Assembly: GCA_902557775.1 (NCBI GenBank)
Contig: CACEBD010000002.1
Location: forward strand, 10,144 to 74,143
Reading direction: 5' to 3'
DNA: 64,000 nucleotides
DNA from: an uncultured Pelagibacteraceae bacterium
GTDB taxonomy: Bacteria > Pseudomonadota > Alphaproteobacteria > Pelagibacterales > Pelagibacteraceae
Of this stretch, positions 61,367 to 64,000 are shown piece after piece. The position numbers and the translations under genes were made by a program. The notes under the pieces were generated by a model, which saw only the letters and a list, made by a program, of their open reading frames with translations, did no database searches and was not told the DNA's origin. Numbering within the stretch: position 1 is the first letter of the stretch; each line of letters begins with the position of its first letter.

Positions 61367-61438
61367 TTATCCCTTACTGAATTACCGGTCAGGTTCTTTG
61401 GGTATGATCTCAGCCTTTATGACACCCCTTATATAAAT
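61365..61438 (-). ncRNA. TPP riboswitch (variant P5/J5-4)
   Basis: Minus strand: ATTTAT..GGGGTGTC-ATAAA-GGC-TGAGATCAT-ACCC-AAAGAA-CCTGACCGGTAATTCAGTA-AGG-GATAAATG; P1 ATTTAT/ATAAAT covers the start codon. Confidence 0.85.
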
Positions 61439-62715
61439 TATATATTTATTTTAGGCAGGAAGTCAAATGAAGCTGTATCTATTCTAGATGAGTGTTCTCT
61501 TCTCATTTTCCAATCGTTACTTATACCAGCTTGAGCTATACTGATTGCATTTCGTCCATATTTTGCATTGGTAAAATCGATTGCTCTCATTAATGGTTGA
61601 GATTTATTCTCTAAAATTGGTGCTAATAAATTTAGCTCTTTTTCAGAAGCGTCTCTAAGCTTCGATAAAATAACTCCAGCTTTTTGATAGAAATAACCAT
61701 ATTTATAAATCTTTCCCAGTCCGCTAATTGCAGTTTTTACAAGTTCAATACTGTTATTGGTCGCCACCGGCAATTCAATAGTAATAGAATTTGAATAGTA
61801 TTTTCTATTTTTATCAAATGGACTTGTTCTTATAAATATAGTGACAGCTCTCGTAGTTTGTTTATCTGTTCTTATTTTTTCTGCTGCATTTAAACAATGA
61901 GTAGTTATAGACTCTTTTAATTTATCTAAACTCTCAACTTTTTTTCCAAACGATCTTGATACACAACAGCTTTTTCTTCTTGTTTCCTCAGTTTCTAAAT
62001 CTATACAAGGAATTCCTCTTAATTCCATTACTGTTTTCGCGCCTAAAACATTAGTACTTTTTTTGACCCATGTGTTTGAAATATTTTTTAGTTTATAAGC
62101 ATTATCTATTCCATTTTTGATATATAGTTTTGATAACTGTCTTCCAACTCCCCATACATCTGCAATATCAAAATCTTTTAGTATATTATCAATATTTTCT
62201 TTTAGAAATACCACTCCTGCTTTATTTTTTTTGGCAATATGATTTGCAACTTTACTTAAAGTCTTTGTATTTGAAATTCCTACACTTGTTGGTATTCCCG
62301 TCCATTTTAAAACTCTTTCTCTTATTTGTTTTCCATATTCTTCGACCTGTTCATCTTTGATATGCGATAAATCTAAAAATGCTTCGTCTATAGAATAGAT
62401 TTCAATTTTATTAGTAAAACCTTTTAAAACTTTCATCACTCGTCTAGAAAGATCTCCATATAACGCATAGTTCGAAGAAAATATCTGAACGTTGTTTTTT
62501 TTAACTAAATCTTTAACTTTAAAATATGGTTCTCCCATTCTTATTCCAAGTTTTTTTGCTTCAGTAGATCTGGATATTACACATCCATCATTATTAGATA
62601 GTACTACAACTGGTACATTTTGTATTTTAGGGTTGAATAATCTTTCGCAAGAAACATAAAATGAATTACAGTCAATTAATGCAACTTTTTTTCTACTGCT
62701 GTTTGTGTATGACAT
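61438..62715 (-). CDS. umuC: DNA polymerase V subunit UmuC
   Basis: [34 protein letters not shown]. Confidence 0.96.
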   Translation of the reverse strand: MSYTNSSRKKVALIDCNSFYVSCERLFNPKIQNVPVVVLSNNDGCVISRSTEAKKLGIRMGEPYFKVKDLVKKNNVQIFSSNYALYGDLSRRVMKVLKGFTNKIEIYSIDEAFLDLSHIKDEQVEEYGKQIRERVLKWTGIPTSVGISNTKTLSKVANHIAKKNKAGVVFLKENIDNILKDFDIADVWGVGRQLSKLYIKNGIDNAYKLKNISNTWVKKSTNVLGAKTVMELRGIPCIDLETEETRRKSCCVSRSFGKKVESLDKLKESITTHCLNAAEKIRTDKQTTRAVTIFIRTSPFDKNRKYYSNSITIELPVATNNSIELVKTAISGLGKIYKYGYFYQKAGVILSKLRDASEKELNLLAPILENKSQPLMRAIDFTNAKYGRNAISIAQAGISNDWKMRREHSSRIDTASFDFLPKINI

Positions 62716-63088
62716 ATGTTACTACTCCCCAAATTATTATTTCTGGATTATCTGTTAAATTAATTCGATCCGATGTGTTTTTTGAACCTGATGTTAAGTA
62801 GTTGTTGCCCTTACTTTTAACCAGAGTTTTGACTACAAGTTCTTCGTTGATATTTGCTATAACAGTGGAGAAATTTTTTGGATTTAAGCTTTTATCCACT
62901 ATTAATAGATCGCCGTCATATATGCCCACATTAGTCATAGATTTACCTTGCACTCTAATGATGAACGTAGCTGGTGCATTTGTTATGAGATGAGAGTTTA
63001 GATCTATATCGTCCTCAATATAATCCGTTGCCGGAGAAGGAAAACCAGCTCCCACTTTATGTAAATAATAAGGTATTGTTAACTTCAT
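62693..63088 (-). CDS. umuD: DNA polymerase V subunit UmuD
   Basis: AGFPSPA cleavage site, GKSM (Ser), VVK (Lys), WGVVT. Confidence 0.94.
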   Translation of the reverse strand: MKLTIPYYLHKVGAGFPSPATDYIEDDIDLNSHLITNAPATFIIRVQGKSMTNVGIYDGDLLIVDKSLNPKNFSTVIANINEELVVKTLVKSKGNNYLTSGSKNTSDRINLTDNPEIIIWGVVTYVIHKQQ

Positions 63089-63092
63089 AAAT

Positions 63093-63107
63093 GTTCTTGT
63101 TTTGTTC
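63093..63107. promoter_or_regulatory. Alphaproteobacterial LexA (SOS) box
   Basis: GTTC-TTGTTTT-GTTC (GTTC-N7-GTTC), 4 bp upstream of the umuD start. Confidence 0.88.
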
Positions 63108-63137
63108 TTTATAGCTGATAAACTGCCTTTCAGTCAA
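63108..63137 (-). promoter_or_regulatory. umuDC promoter
   Basis: TTGACT-N18-TATAAA on the minus strand, immediately upstream of the LexA box. Confidence 0.55.
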
Positions 63138-63212
63138 CCCCTTTTCAAAAGATTGTTAAAGTGGGTCAAATTGCAAATCGAAAAAAAGAGAGAGATTAGC
63201 TATTAACACAAA

Positions 63213-63983
63213 GTGATTAAAAAAATATTTTCAATATTATTAGTACTACTTGTAACAACAAGTGCTCAAGCAGCATCTAAGCTAGACTCAATCAAAAAAA
63301 GTGGTGAACTAAGAGTTGGTACGACAGGAGACTGGGATCCAATGTCAATGAAAGATCCAAAAACAAACAAGTACAAAGGATTTGATATTGATGTGATGAA
63401 TGAATTAGCTAAAGATTTGGGCGTAAAAGTGAAATTTGTGCCTGCAGAGTGGAAAACTATTGTTGCAGGAATAACAGCTGATAGATACGATATATCGACA
63501 AGTGTAACCAAAACACCAAAAAGAGCAGAAGTAGCCGGGTTTACCGCTACATATTACAAGTATGCAACAGTCCCACTTGTTTTAAAAAAGAATTTAAAAA
63601 AGTTTTCAACTTGGGAGTCTCTAAACAATAGTAGCGTTACAATAGCTACAACATTAGGTACATCTCAGGAAGAAAAAGCAAAAGAATTTTTTCCAAAATC
63701 AAAACTTCAATCAGTAGAAGCTCCTGCGAGAGATTTCCAAGAAGTTTTAGCAGGAAGAGCTGATGGAAATATTACAAGTTCAACAGAAGCAAACAAACTA
63801 GTTATTAAATATCCTCAATTAGCTATAGTTCCTGATGGGGGAAAAAATCCAGCATTTTTAGCCATGATGGTTCCAAAGAGTGACAAGGTATGGAATGATT
63901 ACGTCAGCAATTGGATTAAGAAAAAACAATCATCCGGATTTTTTAAAACTTTACTGGCAAAGTACAATCTAAAAAGCTTATAA
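63213..63983 (+). CDS. Family 3 substrate-binding protein, cyclohexadienyl dehydratase (PheC)-like
   Basis: Signal peptide; [25 protein letters not shown]; GTG start. Confidence 0.82.
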   Translation: MIKKIFSILLVLLVTTSAQAASKLDSIKKSGELRVGTTGDWDPMSMKDPKTNKYKGFDIDVMNELAKDLGVKVKFVPAEWKTIVAGITADRYDISTSVTKTPKRAEVAGFTATYYKYATVPLVLKKNLKKFSTWESLNNSSVTIATTLGTSQEEKAKEFFPKSKLQSVEAPARDFQEVLAGRADGNITSSTEANKLVIKYPQLAIVPDGGKNPAFLAMMVPKSDKVWNDYVSNWIKKKQSSGFFKTLLAKYNLKSL

Positions 63984-64000
63984 TTTAAGTTTCAATACCT

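Overview
AT-rich, tightly packed chromosomal segment of a streamlined marine alphaproteobacterium, most consistent with Pelagibacterales/SAR11 (inferred from gene content, synteny, overlapping start/stop codons and very short intergenic spacers). Most of it is core genome: mltB-rlpA-dacA-tmk-holB-metG-tatD; recJ-glpX-hom-argC-rpsI-rplM; plsX/rpmF; hppA; nusB-rib-nrdR-glyA; recO-rnc-lepB-acpS-pdxJ-pyrE-rel-folK-smpB-dapA; umuDC. It also has three tRNAs (Pro-TGG, Glu-TTC, Ser-GCT), a TPP-like riboswitch and a LexA box. Highlights: (1) a lone Cre-like tyrosine recombinase with a lox-like 14-7-14 inverted repeat just before its start codon, located where gene orientation switches convergently (probable replication terminus), a candidate single-recombinase replacement for XerCD/dif; (2) a myo-inositol cluster with iolG/iolE/iolD and an ABC transporter but no iolB/iolC/iolJ/iolA, carrying instead an HpcH aldolase, a GabD/KGSADH-type ALDH, a Gfo/Idh/MocA oxidoreductase and a ROK kinase, with a 2-hydroxyacid dehydrogenase nearby, a candidate variant lower pathway; (3) a TPP riboswitch with a degenerate pyrophosphate-sensing arm directly abutting the umuC stop codon; (4) recJ ending inside tRNA-Glu; (5) an in-frame TAA at codon 4 of recO. 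All calls are from motif recognition by eye; no searches were run.
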